From positions 640,001-704,000 of the forward strand of contig CAWAWS010000007.1 of NCBI GenBank assembly GCA_963785725.1: DNA of 64,000 nucleotides, read 5' to 3'. The notes under the pieces were generated by a model that saw only the letters and a program-made list of their open reading frames with translations, was not told where the DNA came from and made no database searches. Of this stretch, positions 41,359 through 50,384 are shown piece by piece (the first letter of the stretch is position 1; each line of letters opens with the position of its first letter). Origin of the DNA: an uncultured delta proteobacterium (lineage in GTDB: Bacteria; Myxococcota_A; Polyangia; Palsa-1104). The position numbers and the translations under genes are program-made.

Positions 41359-42549
41359 ATGGGTTCGTCTGCTGCACTGCGCGCGTGCGCCTGTTTTGCG
41401 GCCGTGCTCGCGGGCTGCGGCGGCTCGTCGGCGACGCTGCTCGTCGAAGTGGTCGATACCAAGGCCGGCGCCAGCTTCGACAGCCTCGACGTGCACGTCT
41501 ACGATCCGCATGGCGTCGTCGCCTCCACGCACGTCGCCAAAGTGATCCTGCCGGGCGCGCTCGTGGCCAAGCATCTGGCGGACAAGGCGCAGGTCGTGCG
41601 CGTCGTCGTCGCCGGCAACGGCGCGATGCCGGCGCTGGGCGCGGCGGAGACGATGATGGTCGCCGGTGGGCAGGCGACGGCTCAGGTCGATCTCGCGAGC
41701 AGCTTGCAAGACAGCGACGGCGACGGCGTTCCCGACGCCTACGACGACTGTCCCAACGTGCCCGATCCCGATCAGCACAGCACCAACGGCGGCGCGCCCG
41801 GCGACGCGTGCGGCGGCGGCGGCGACATGGCGGTCGGCCTCGATCTCGCGAGCGGCGGCATGGCCGGCGGCGGCGGTGGCGGTGTGGCCGGCGGCGGCGG
41901 CGGCGGCACGACGGCGATCCTCGACATGAGCATGGCGCCGCCCGCCGACATGGCCGGCGTGCTCCTCTTCGACGACTTCACCAGCGACACGCTCGATCCC
42001 AACTTGTGGGTCACGAACGTCGGCGGCGGCGGCAAGGTCACCGTCGCGGGCGGCCTCGTCACCATCAACGCCGGCACCGCGGCCTCGGCCTTCGCCGAGC
42101 TGGTGTCGAAGACGTCGTTCCCCGTCGGTACGACGTTCACGGCGCGGGTCAGCCTCGCCGTCGGCCAGACCTACGACGAAAAGGGCGTCGGCTATGCCAA
42201 TGCGCGGCTGTCGGACGGCTGCGGCACCGGCGAGACCGAAGCGGCGATGATCCGCGGACAGAGCAACATCCTGTTGATCGAGCCCAAGACCAACAATATC
42301 TCGCAATGCGGCGCGTTGAACGCCGAGCAGAACCCGTATCCGGCCGGCTATCGGACGTTCAAGATCGTGCGGTTGAGCTCGAACGAGATCGACTTTTACG
42401 ATGGTACGGCCGCGCAAACGGACACGTTCGCGGTGCCGGGCGGGCTCTTGCCGGCGCGCATCGGCACGTTCACGAGCACGGCCAATCCGGCCGATCTCAC
42501 CGATCCGGTCACGATCATCGTCGACTGGGTGCTGGTCACGCAGAACTGA
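41359..42549 (+). CDS. lipoprotein with thrombospondin type-3 repeat and lectin-like C-terminal domain
   Basis: Lipobox 'VLAGC'; 'DSDGDGVPDAYDDCPNVPDPDQ....GDAC'; 'FDDFTSDTLD..LW'. Confidence 0.7.
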   Translation: MGSSAALRACACFAAVLAGCGGSSATLLVEVVDTKAGASFDSLDVHVYDPHGVVASTHVAKVILPGALVAKHLADKAQVVRVVVAGNGAMPALGAAETMMVAGGQATAQVDLASSLQDSDGDGVPDAYDDCPNVPDPDQHSTNGGAPGDACGGGGDMAVGLDLASGGMAGGGGGGVAGGGGGGTTAILDMSMAPPADMAGVLLFDDFTSDTLDPNLWVTNVGGGGKVTVAGGLVTINAGTAASAFAELVSKTSFPVGTTFTARVSLAVGQTYDEKGVGYANARLSDGCGTGETEAAMIRGQSNILLIEPKTNNISQCGALNAEQNPYPAGYRTFKIVRLSSNEIDFYDGTAAQTDTFAVPGGLLPARIGTFTSTANPADLTDPVTIIVDWVLVTQN

Positions 42550-42601
42550 AGCGCGGCTGCGTTCGGGAGTGGTAGGCTCCTCGCCGAAGGGATTGAGACC
42601 C

Positions 42602-42826
42602 ATGAACGCGAGCTGCTCCACCTGCGCGACGCTGGCCGGCAAAGACCGCTGCCCATTCCACACTCAAGGCGGCCGCAAGCAGCTGTCGACCGTGCCGCCG
42701 CGCGGTGTGGCCGATGCCTGCCCGCAGTGCGGCAACGCCGACGTCGACGTGCTCGACGCCTTCTTCGACACCGAGAACCGCGCCTGGCATCCGCCCTGCG
42801 CCGTCGTCGCGTTGCGCAGCCTCTGA
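42602..42826 (+). CDS. small Cys-rich putative zinc-binding protein
   Basis: 'CSTC', 'CPFH', 'CPQC', 'WHPPC'. Confidence 0.5.
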   Translation: MNASCSTCATLAGKDRCPFHTQGGRKQLSTVPPRGVADACPQCGNADVDVLDAFFDTENRAWHPPCAVVALRSL

Positions 42827-43019
42827 GAAGTCGTTAGCCGCGGCGAGCGCGCGCGCCGTCGCACGTGCACGCCGCGGATGTGGCTGGTCGGCGCTCCGTC
42901 AGGCGCGCCGCGTATGGATGAGGCGCGCCGCGTATGACCGCCGCGCCCGACGCGAACTAGCGCAGTCACGGCGCATTATTCACATTGCCGTTTCGCCGCC
43001 GGGTACCGAAATCCTAGCT

Positions 43020-44504
43020 ATGAGAATTTCCAGACGACGGTTCTTGCGCACGCTCGGCACGGGCGTCGCTGTGGCGTCGGCCGGTTGCGCCGCCAGCGGC
43101 TCGAGCGGCGCGCCCACCACCGACAGCACCGACTCGGCTTCGACGGATGACGTGACCGACAAGCTGCGGGCACCGGCGGCGCGCTGCCGGCAGCCACCGG
43201 CGCGGCTGACCGGCTGTATCGTCCGCCCCGGCGACCCCGACTACGACGCCGCCCGCAGCGACTACAACGGCCGCATCTCGATCGACCCGCGCCTCATCGT
43301 GTTCGCCTGCACCGTCGACGACGTGAGCAACGCCGTGCGCTGGGCGCGCGAGCATGACGTGCCGCTGCGGGCGCGCTCCGGTCGTCACAGCTACGAGGGC
43401 TACTCGCTCGTGCAAGACGGCTTGGTCCTCGACGTCAGCCGCCTCAACGGCATCCAGCACCACGCCGGATCGGGCGTCGCGCGCATCGGCGCCGGCTGCA
43501 CCGTCGCCGACGTCTACGAAGAGCTGTCGCCCCAGGGCGTCATGGTCCCGCTCGGCTCCTGCAACTCGCTCGGCCTCGCCGGGATGACGCTCGGCGGTGG
43601 CGTCGGCCTGTCGGGCCGGCAATACGGCCTCACCTGCGACGTCGTGCGCGCCATCGACCTCGTCACCGCCGAGGGCCAGGTCGTGCGCGCCACCGCCGCG
43701 CTCAACCCCGATCTCTTCTGGGCGCTGCGCGGCGGCGGCGGCGGCAATCTCGGCATCGTCACCGGCTTCGAGATGACCACGCATCCCGCGCCCGACGTGT
43801 CGACCTACTCGGTGAGCTGGCCGATCGACGACTTCGCGGCGGTCATGAGCTTCTGGCAGGGCTGGGCGCCTTACACCGATCCGCGGCTGTTCACCATCAT
43901 CAGCGTCAGCGCTCAGTCGGTCTCCTCGGTGGGGCAGCTCAACGGCCCCGCCAGCGAGCTGCAGAACCTGCTCTCGCCGCTCTTGGCCGTCGGCTCGCCC
44001 ACCAATCTGCAGGTGCAGTCGCTCAGCTTCCTCGACGCCGCGCGCTCGTTCGGCGACGACGACGCCGCCGCGCGACCGAAGTTCAAGAACTCGTCGGCCT
44101 ACGTCGTCACGCCGCTGTCGGACGCGGCGCTGGCGGTGATCGTGAACCAGGTGACCCACGCGCCCGGGCCCAGCAACACGATTCAATTCGATTCGTTCGG
44201 CGGCGCCATCTCCAGCGTCGCCAGCCACGCCACCGCCTTTTTTCATCGGCAGGCGATCTGCGACCTGCAGATCGAGTCCTTCTGGCAGAACGACAGCGAC
44301 GAGGCCGGCAATCGCGCGTGGGTGCACCAGACGCGTCAGGCGTTGGCGCCGTACACGAGCGGGGCGTACGTGAACTATATCGACGCCGACATCGTCAACT
44401 TCGCGACCGAGTATTACGGCGGCAATTTGTCGCGGCTTTCACACGTCAAGCACGCGTGGGATCCGACCGGGTTCTTCAGCTTCCCGCAGGCGATTCCCGG
44501 CTGA
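43020..44504 (+). CDS. Tat-exported FAD-binding oxidoreductase (berberine bridge enzyme-like)
   Basis: 'SRRRFLR' Tat signal; 'RSGRHSYEGYS', 'GLAGMTLGGG.G', 'NPDLFWALRGGGGGN.GIVT', 'YVNY.D', 'K..WDP...F'. Confidence 0.88.
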   Translation: MRISRRRFLRTLGTGVAVASAGCAASGSSGAPTTDSTDSASTDDVTDKLRAPAARCRQPPARLTGCIVRPGDPDYDAARSDYNGRISIDPRLIVFACTVDDVSNAVRWAREHDVPLRARSGRHSYEGYSLVQDGLVLDVSRLNGIQHHAGSGVARIGAGCTVADVYEELSPQGVMVPLGSCNSLGLAGMTLGGGVGLSGRQYGLTCDVVRAIDLVTAEGQVVRATAALNPDLFWALRGGGGGNLGIVTGFEMTTHPAPDVSTYSVSWPIDDFAAVMSFWQGWAPYTDPRLFTIISVSAQSVSSVGQLNGPASELQNLLSPLLAVGSPTNLQVQSLSFLDAARSFGDDDAAARPKFKNSSAYVVTPLSDAALAVIVNQVTHAPGPSNTIQFDSFGGAISSVASHATAFFHRQAICDLQIESFWQNDSDEAGNRAWVHQTRQALAPYTSGAYVNYIDADIVNFATEYYGGNLSRLSHVKHAWDPTGFFSFPQAIPG

Positions 44505-44632
44505 CCGCAGTCGCGCGAGCGCATCCGTCGAACGAAGGAAGCCGAGCGCCGCCGGTGCGCACGCGCCGGATATGGCGTGGACGCCGACGGCGACGCAGAG
44601 CGCGAACCGGCGACGGCAACAGCGAGGCGGTC

Positions 44633-44647
44633 TTACATGGTGGCGAT
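44633..44647 (-). repeat. distal att-like copy of the icd 3' end (reads I-A-T-M-stop)
   Basis: TTACATGGTGGCGAT versus icd CTACATATTGGCGAT; the following ~35 bp resemble the sequence after the 46876 core. Confidence 0.7.
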
Positions 44648-44771
44648 GCCTGGCGCGCCTTCGCGGCTCGCCGCGTTGGCAAGTGGCGACGGCCCTCCGA
44701 CGGCAGCTTCAACGATCAGCAGTGTCGGTTGCCGTAAAGCCGCGACGCCGCGGATTGGATATGGGGTCGAT

Positions 44772-45278
44772 ATGGCGCTGCTGGCGCTGGTGCTCGTCGC
44801 CGCCGGCTGCACGTCACCCGCGGCTGCGAGGGTCGCGGCGAGCTCGGAGGTCGCGCCCACCGACAACCCGGTCATCGCCTGGCGCGTGACGGCACCTGCG
44901 AGCGCAGCGGGCGAATCGTTCATCGGCGCCGACGCACAGCTGTGGTCGGTGTCGCCCGAGTGGCCGGGGCCGTACGTCGACACGTTTGGGCTGACCTTCG
45001 AGCTCGACGACGCGTGGGGCTTTCGGTTCGACACGCCGCGCGCCGGGCTCGTCGTGGCCGCGACGGTGGACATCGCCGGCGCGCTGCTCTTTGCGACGAT
45101 GGGCCGCGGCGCCGAGCTGCGCACGTGCGTCGCGTGGACTGGAACCTATGGCGTCGTGTCGGACGTGCCTGCGTGGTCGGTGCAGATCGACGCGCGCTCG
45201 ACGGACTGTCCGGGCGTCACGATCAGCGGATCGTGGTGGGGATGGCTGGCCGACGCGGATGGCAACGCGGCGCAATGA
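44772..45278 (+). CDS. uncharacterised lipoprotein, paralogue of 47042..47596
   Basis: Lipobox 'VAAGC'; C-terminal 'SDVPAWSV.I.A..C.GV.ISGSWWG'. Confidence 0.65.
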   Translation: MALLALVLVAAGCTSPAAARVAASSEVAPTDNPVIAWRVTAPASAAGESFIGADAQLWSVSPEWPGPYVDTFGLTFELDDAWGFRFDTPRAGLVVAATVDIAGALLFATMGRGAELRTCVAWTGTYGVVSDVPAWSVQIDARSTDCPGVTISGSWWGWLADADGNAAQ

Positions 45279-45423
45279 GCCCGATGGCGCGACGGCTCGT
45301 ATGACCTTCACGGCCGGGGCTTGCGCGCGCGATTTTGGCGGTCGTGCAAGCCTCGCGAAGCCGGCGCGCGAGCTCATGTCGTGGCTGACGGACCGGAATT
45401 CGGACGCGTTTCAGCGTGATATA

Positions 45424-45855
45424 ATGGCCTCCCCGATGATCCATATCAACGACCGGTACTGGCCCATCATCGTGTTCCGCTTTTCCGGGCAAATCACGAT
45501 GGAGGAGCTGGAGCGATACCTGACGTGGCAGGACGCGATGGTGGCGCGCCGCCTGCCCAACGCGTCGCTGGTGGTGACCGAGAACCTGCGCATGTGGGAG
45601 ATGCCTTTGCTGCGGCGGCAGGCTGCGTGGCTCAAGGAGCACGAGCCGCTCCTGCGCAAATACAGCCTCGGCGTGGCGCTGGTGATCACCTCGCCGGTGG
45701 TGCGCGGCATGCTGAAGGCGCTCATGTGGATGCAGCCGATGCCGCAGCCGCACATCGTGTGCGGCACGACGGAGGAGGCGCTGCGGTGGCTGTGCGATCG
45801 CTTCCGCAGCGAGCACATCGAGCTGCCGGCGAGCTTGCCGTCGACGCTGAGCTGA
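45424..45855 (+). CDS. STAS/SEC14-like hypothetical protein (myxobacterial type)
   Basis: 'WPIIVFRF.G..T', 'R..QAAWL', 'GVALVITSPVVRG.L.AL.W', 'EEALRW'. Confidence 0.6.
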   Translation: MASPMIHINDRYWPIIVFRFSGQITMEELERYLTWQDAMVARRLPNASLVVTENLRMWEMPLLRRQAAWLKEHEPLLRKYSLGVALVITSPVVRGMLKALMWMQPMPQPHIVCGTTEEALRWLCDRFRSEHIELPASLPSTLS

Positions 45856-46253
45856 GCCGCGCACCTCGCCTCAGACCAGCTGGCGTCGGAGCTGGCCCGA
45901 GTGTCGTTCTACGTGACCGACGCCAGCGTGGCGAGCCTCGACGAAGAACGCCGACGCCGCGCTGCCCACGTGCGCCGTGGCGATGACGGCGCCGATCGCA
46001 TTCACGGGCGCGAACGTCTTCGGCGTCGGCCCGATCACGGGGTGCAGCGACACACGATGGGACGGCACCGAGGCTCCGTTTCAGCCAGGGTGACGTCATC
46101 GGCGCGATTGGGAATCTGACGTCAACGCGCACGGCGACGATGGCAGCGCGGGTGCGGGGCGATGGTGGCGGCACGTGTACACGGCAACAGTTAGCGCGCG
46201 CCCGCCGGGCCCAGATCACAGTGCGCGCCCGCGCCTCCTGCTACATTCGTTCA

Positions 46254-46679
46254 ATGGACGGACCTCCTGTCTTGTTCTGGGCTGTCCTCGCCGCGATCGG
46301 CGCCTTCAACGCCGTGGTCGTCGCCGTTAAGCTCAACCGAACGTTTGTCTGCCCACAGTGCGGGGAAGTGACCAAGACGTGGCGGCTGCGCGCGTACTAC
46401 CCCGAAAATTCGCCGTTCAGTCGCCGAGCCAACCCTTTCGTCCGCTGCCTGCACTGCAAGAAGGTGATTGACCTGCGCGAGGCACCAAGCCCATCGAGGC
46501 CGCCGCCACGGCTCCTGGCCGCGCATGGTCCGCAAGTCGTCGGCGCGCCGTGCGCGGTGTGCAAGGATCGCATCATTCTCGATACCGAGGCGGCGCCGTG
46601 CGCAATCTGCGGCCGGCCGGTCCATCTCGCTTGTCTGCCACACGCGCACGACGAGGACGCCAGCCCTTATCGCGGCTAA
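46254..46679 (+). CDS. membrane-anchored double zinc-finger protein (zinc ribbon + RING/C1-like)
   Basis: N-terminal TM; 'CPQC..CLHC'; 'CAVC.x12.CAIC...VHLAC'. Confidence 0.6.
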   Translation: MDGPPVLFWAVLAAIGAFNAVVVAVKLNRTFVCPQCGEVTKTWRLRAYYPENSPFSRRANPFVRCLHCKKVIDLREAPSPSRPPPRLLAAHGPQVVGAPCAVCKDRIILDTEAAPCAICGRPVHLACLPHAHDEDASPYRG

Positions 46680-46804
46680 CCAGGCAGGCGCGACGTGCCT
46701 GACTGGATATGTCAGCGAGCGCGACGTGCGATGACGGGGTTGATGTCGTGGCGAGATGGTGGAGACGAGCAGCTGGCGAGCGGCTCGATCCTGGAGTAGT
46801 CGCA

Positions 46805-46876
46805 GCCGGCTACGCGAGAACGGTAACCGTGTGAAAAAGCGAGGAAGACGGACGATGTCGTCTACATATTGGCGAT
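46805..46876. repeat. att junction: ~72-bp imperfect direct repeat of 55809-55881 with a 19-bp exact core TCGTCTACATATTGGCGAT (46858-46876)
   Basis: Direct alignment with the sequence spanning the icd stop codon. Confidence 0.9.
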
Positions 46877-46984
46877 ACCGTGGGCGTCTCCGCGGGTTGT
46901 CGCGCTGGCAACCGACGGCACTTCACCGACGAGAACAGAGCGCAGGCATCGCGCGCGCATCGACTCGCGGAGTATGCCGACGCC

Positions 46985-47013
46985 TCGAAAATGGATACCG
47001 GGCGGATACGGCC
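46985..47013. repeat. putative integrase arm-type sites
   Basis: TCGAAAATGGATAC-N5-GGATACGGCC, matching 55783-55811; GGATAC copies 11 bp apart. Confidence 0.7.
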
Positions 47014-47041
47014 TTCGTAGCCTCGATGCGACGGTGCGCTC

Positions 47042-47596
47042 GTGAGCCCTGTCTGCCCGCACTGCAACACGATCATCGTGTGCCGTGTCTGCGCGGCGCG
47101 CGGGCGCCACGTCAGGCTGAATGCACTGCCGGCGCTGCTGGTGGCCATGCTGGCGTTCGGCGGCGCCGGCTGCACCGCTCCCGCGGATCAGGTGCTCGCG
47201 CCCGCTGCCGTGAGTGCCGCGCCGCTCCCCACGTGCGCGATGGCCATGACCGAGCCGATGGTGCTCAACGGAACGCAGTTCTACGACTCGGGCAGCTTCG
47301 AAGACTGCGGCTACTCCTGGAACGATGCCGGCATCGTCGAGGTAGGCTTCTCGGCCGCGCCCAACGGGTTGATGGTGCTCGTCGACATCTCGCGCGCGGT
47401 GGCCACGCCGGGCAACACCTACGACATCGGCTCGGGCGCCGTCTCGGTGGCGACGGGATTGTATGCGCCTTGCCACGGCGTGGTGACGTGGGAGAGCGAC
47501 GTGCCCAACTGGGCGGTGTCAGCGAGCGCCACTTGCGACGACGGCGTCGACGTCGTCGCGAGGTGGTGGGGGCATCGGTACGTCGGGAACGAGTAG
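47042..47596 (+). CDS. uncharacterised lipoprotein, paralogue of 44772..45278 (start uncertain)
   Basis: Lipobox 'GGAGC'; C-terminal 'SDVPNWAVSASATCDDGVDVVARWWG'; possible N-terminal CPHC/CRVC extension. Confidence 0.65.
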   Translation: MSPVCPHCNTIIVCRVCAARGRHVRLNALPALLVAMLAFGGAGCTAPADQVLAPAAVSAAPLPTCAMAMTEPMVLNGTQFYDSGSFEDCGYSWNDAGIVEVGFSAAPNGLMVLVDISRAVATPGNTYDIGSGAVSVATGLYAPCHGVVTWESDVPNWAVSASATCDDGVDVVARWWGHRYVGNE

Positions 47597-47855
47597 CAGC
47601 ACGGCGAATGACGGGGAGCGTGACCGTCGAGCCTGGGCGGGCGTGGCGGCTCGAACTGGACATGGCGTGCGTCGAGAATTCGGTGATCAGGCTGTAGCGT
47701 CGGAGATCGACAGCAGCAGCGTCTCAGCGGCGTGCCCGGTTGCGGCTCGCGGTCACAGCCGAGGTGCGACAAAACGCCGCAGATGGCGACTGTTCTGATG
47801 CGCTAAATTGGAGAAACGTGCGTGCCGTGCGACGGTGGTGGCGGATGGAGTGCGA

Positions 47856-48725
47856 GTGAAGAGAAATCAGATTCCTTCACCTAGGCGTCGATCGTTTTTG
47901 ACGTCAGAGCGAATGGGTGTCCTGGTTGCTGCGGTTGGCCCCACCGTGGCGGCCGGGGCCGCCGTCTTTAAAGCAATAGCCGACGGCAAGAGTTCCTTGG
48001 CTGCCGTGCAGGTTGACGCCTCGAAGACCGCGGCAGAGGCCTCCGCGACAGCGTCAGCGAAGATTACCGACGCCTACTCTTGGATCCTTTGGCCGGCCCT
48101 AGGGGCACTGATCTGGACGATCGTCGTCGCGCTCTACAAGTTCGTGGTTGCCACTTCCAAAGACCGCGAGCACGAAGAGCTGCAGAGCCCGAAGCCGTTA
48201 CTAGGTCCTTTGCACGTTCTTCACGAGCAGATAAGACTTCGAAAGAACCTGCAGGATAGTGCTGATGACAGGCGCAAATTCCGCGCGACGCTCTACCGGA
48301 TCGACGGCGAATATCACGAGCAATGCGTGTCGTACGTTGGGTACTCCTCGCACGACCCCAAGCGAGTTCCCGGGCCGAAAAGGCGCTGGCCGAACGCATG
48401 CGGGTTAGTGGGCAAGGCCATACGGCTTGAGGAAATCGGTCCCCTGCATGCTGTTGTGGGACAGACGATCGATACTGCCGACCAGTTCGTACAGCACCTG
48501 ATGGACAGCTACGGCTATACAAGGGAACAGGCGGAATCCTGCGAGAAAATGCGCATGTCATCCCTGGTCATTCCGATCGTCGACGCATCGGGACCGACAG
48601 GTAAGCCCATCGGAGTCATGTACTGCGATTCCTCGGAGCGCAATTTCTTCGACAAGGACACCCAGGAGCTGGCACTGGCATCTGCCATGGGCATGGCCAA
48701 GTTGATCAATGTCCTGTATAGCTAA
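47856..48725 (+). CDS. 2TM + GAF-like domain protein
   Basis: Two hydrophobic segments; GAF-like 'CGLVGKAI' and 'SSLVIPIVD....PIGVMYCDS.ERNFFD'; atypical low-GC codon usage; GTG after GGAG. Confidence 0.7.
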   Translation: MKRNQIPSPRRRSFLTSERMGVLVAAVGPTVAAGAAVFKAIADGKSSLAAVQVDASKTAAEASATASAKITDAYSWILWPALGALIWTIVVALYKFVVATSKDREHEELQSPKPLLGPLHVLHEQIRLRKNLQDSADDRRKFRATLYRIDGEYHEQCVSYVGYSSHDPKRVPGPKRRWPNACGLVGKAIRLEEIGPLHAVVGQTIDTADQFVQHLMDSYGYTREQAESCEKMRMSSLVIPIVDASGPTGKPIGVMYCDSSERNFFDKDTQELALASAMGMAKLINVLYS

Positions 48726-48740
48726 CAAAGGGAGCCCATC

Positions 48741-48932
48741 GTGAAAAAGTTGATCGTTGGGAAGGAAGTGGTTTCCGAGCCGGGCGCGGGAATCAAGATC
48801 ACGGCGCTCAAGCTCTCGGCCTTCGCACAGGAAGGGCTGAGCACGCATGGCGTCCGCATCCGTGTTGGCGATGAAGACTCCGCACCGATCGTCCTGCAGC
48901 AGCCGCAGCCCTCTGTAGCCGTCGAAGAATAG
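48741..48932 (+). CDS. 63-aa hypothetical protein co-oriented with the GAF gene
   Basis: Strong AGGGAG RBS; starts 15 bp after the GAF stop. Confidence 0.55.
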   Translation: MKKLIVGKEVVSEPGAGIKITALKLSAFAQEGLSTHGVRIRVGDEDSAPIVLQQPQPSVAVEE

Positions 48933-49008
48933 CTCCTCCGAAGCAGATCCTCACCGGGGCCACTTCGTGTAGTCCACCGGGTGCCAGCAGGTCGCGCGGC
49001 CGGTTCCA

Positions 49009-49278
49009 CTAGTACTCGGCCCATCGCCAAAACCACAGCGGGCGTCGTTCCTGTGTCGCCTCGTCGCCGCCCAGGTCGTGCACCTTGCCGAGAGCGATCG
49101 TGCGCGCCTTGCCTTCGAACGGTGGCCAGTCACGCTCGGTGCTCACCTGGCGCGCGACAGAGGTCGCCCAGTATTCTCCGCGACAGCCGGCCGTGGACAT
49201 GAGCGCGCCGGCCGACGCCTGGCCGCCGCACGCCTCGCAGGAGATCTCAGCGTCGTTACAGGTCGCGCACGTCGCCAT
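49009..49278 (-). CDS. small CxxC-CxxC protein (possibly 3'-disrupted)
   Basis: 'MATCATCNDAEISCEAC'; GGAG upstream. Confidence 0.4.
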   Translation of the reverse strand: MATCATCNDAEISCEACGGQASAGALMSTAGCRGEYWATSVARQVSTERDWPPFEGKARTIALGKVHDLGGDEATQERRPLWFWRWAEY

Positions 49279-49300
49279 CGACTGATCGTACACTCCGACC

Positions 49301-49429
49301 ATGGCGAAGCAACCGACCGACCTGATGCCGTTCGCGCCCGACGAGATCGAGCTCTTGCGCGCCACGTGCGGCGAACTGCCGGCGCAAGACGAGCGGCGCC
49401 GACTGCTCGCAACGTTCGACCACCCATGA
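49301..49429 (+). CDS. 42-aa ORF translationally coupled to the HEPN gene
   Basis: MAKQPTDLMPFAPDEIELLRATCGELPAQDERRRLLATFDHP*; ATGA overlap at 49426-49429. Confidence 0.45.
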   Translation: MAKQPTDLMPFAPDEIELLRATCGELPAQDERRRLLATFDHP

Positions 49430-50235
49430 TCACCTATGAGCAAGCAAGACCACTAGTATTCGCGGTCCTTAGGGAGCATCCACAGGGACAGCATGCGAAC
49501 GTCGTTGAGAACGTGTTGCATCGAGTTCACCAGTCGTCACCGGTGCAGCGGCTGGAAAGGCGACCTGCGAGCGTCAACGCGGGCGAGGAGCAGCAGGTAG
49601 AAGAAATCGTCCGTCAGTTGATGTGGAGAATGTTGATAGACGGCGTAATTGTCTTCGGCCTCGATGCGGTTAACAACGCGTGGCCGTTCTATAGCGTTAC
49701 CGAATATGGCAAGAAGGTCGTCGCGGGGGAGACGGCCCAACCCTATGATCCGGAAGGCTTTGTTGCCTATTTCGTCCAGCAATGTCCAGGAGCGGACGAT
49801 GTCATCCGCGAATACTTCATCGAAGCCGTGACATGCTTCAACAGCGGGTGTCATCGTGCATCGGTCATCATGCTGGGAGCGTCGTCGGAGCGATTAATTC
49901 AGAATTTGAAAGAAGCGACGGCGTCTAGCATGCCAGAAGCTCAGCGTGAAAAGTTTCGGAGGGACTGCGGCTCGAAGATAAGCAAGGTGTTTCAGACGAC
50001 CAAGGGCCGCTTGGACTACAGCGTGAGCCAAGGTTTGCTCTCCGCCCCTCACGATGAGACGGTGTCATCCACACTTCCGGCGGTTTTCGACGTGCTGCGA
50101 CGGTCGCGGAACGATGCTGGTCATCCAACAACGCCAGCTCCCATCGATCGAGATACGGCATTCATCAACCTGCGGGTGTTTGTTGAGTACGCTCGAAGGG
50201 TATTGCTCCTCGACGCGAGCATTCGCGCGGTCTGA
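49426..50235 (+). CDS. wHTH + HEPN-like protein (Abi/Ymh/DUF4145-like; candidate RNase effector)
   Basis: 'LMWRMLIDGVI...FYSVTEYG' wHTH-like; 'EAVTCFNSG.HRASVIMLG..SE' and RxxxxH motif 'RNDAGH'. Confidence 0.7.
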   Translation: MITYEQARPLVFAVLREHPQGQHANVVENVLHRVHQSSPVQRLERRPASVNAGEEQQVEEIVRQLMWRMLIDGVIVFGLDAVNNAWPFYSVTEYGKKVVAGETAQPYDPEGFVAYFVQQCPGADDVIREYFIEAVTCFNSGCHRASVIMLGASSERLIQNLKEATASSMPEAQREKFRRDCGSKISKVFQTTKGRLDYSVSQGLLSAPHDETVSSTLPAVFDVLRRSRNDAGHPTTPAPIDRDTAFINLRVFVEYARRVLLLDASIRAV

Positions 50236-50384
50236 GTCGCAAACTTTCGGTCCGATAAGCGGCTGCTACTCGTCGAGCATGGACGAGAGCTGCGGGAAGT
50301 TGCGGGCAACGATCGGCAGATGAACCGTCGCCTGCGACATCGTGTCGCATGGGCGCCGACGTCGCCAGATGGCATTCTTGAGCG

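Larger units (their letters stand above)
44633..46876. mobile_element. integrase-less ~2.2 kb element in tandem with the icd island
   Basis: Bounded by two icd-end copies, both inner arms homologous to those of the integrase island, first gene paralogous to the island's first gene. Confidence 0.65.

Noticed and set aside
45871..46219. Possible gene or pseudogene inside the mini-element
   Set aside because: Short ORFs on both strands with no recognisable motif or clear start; cannot be supported.
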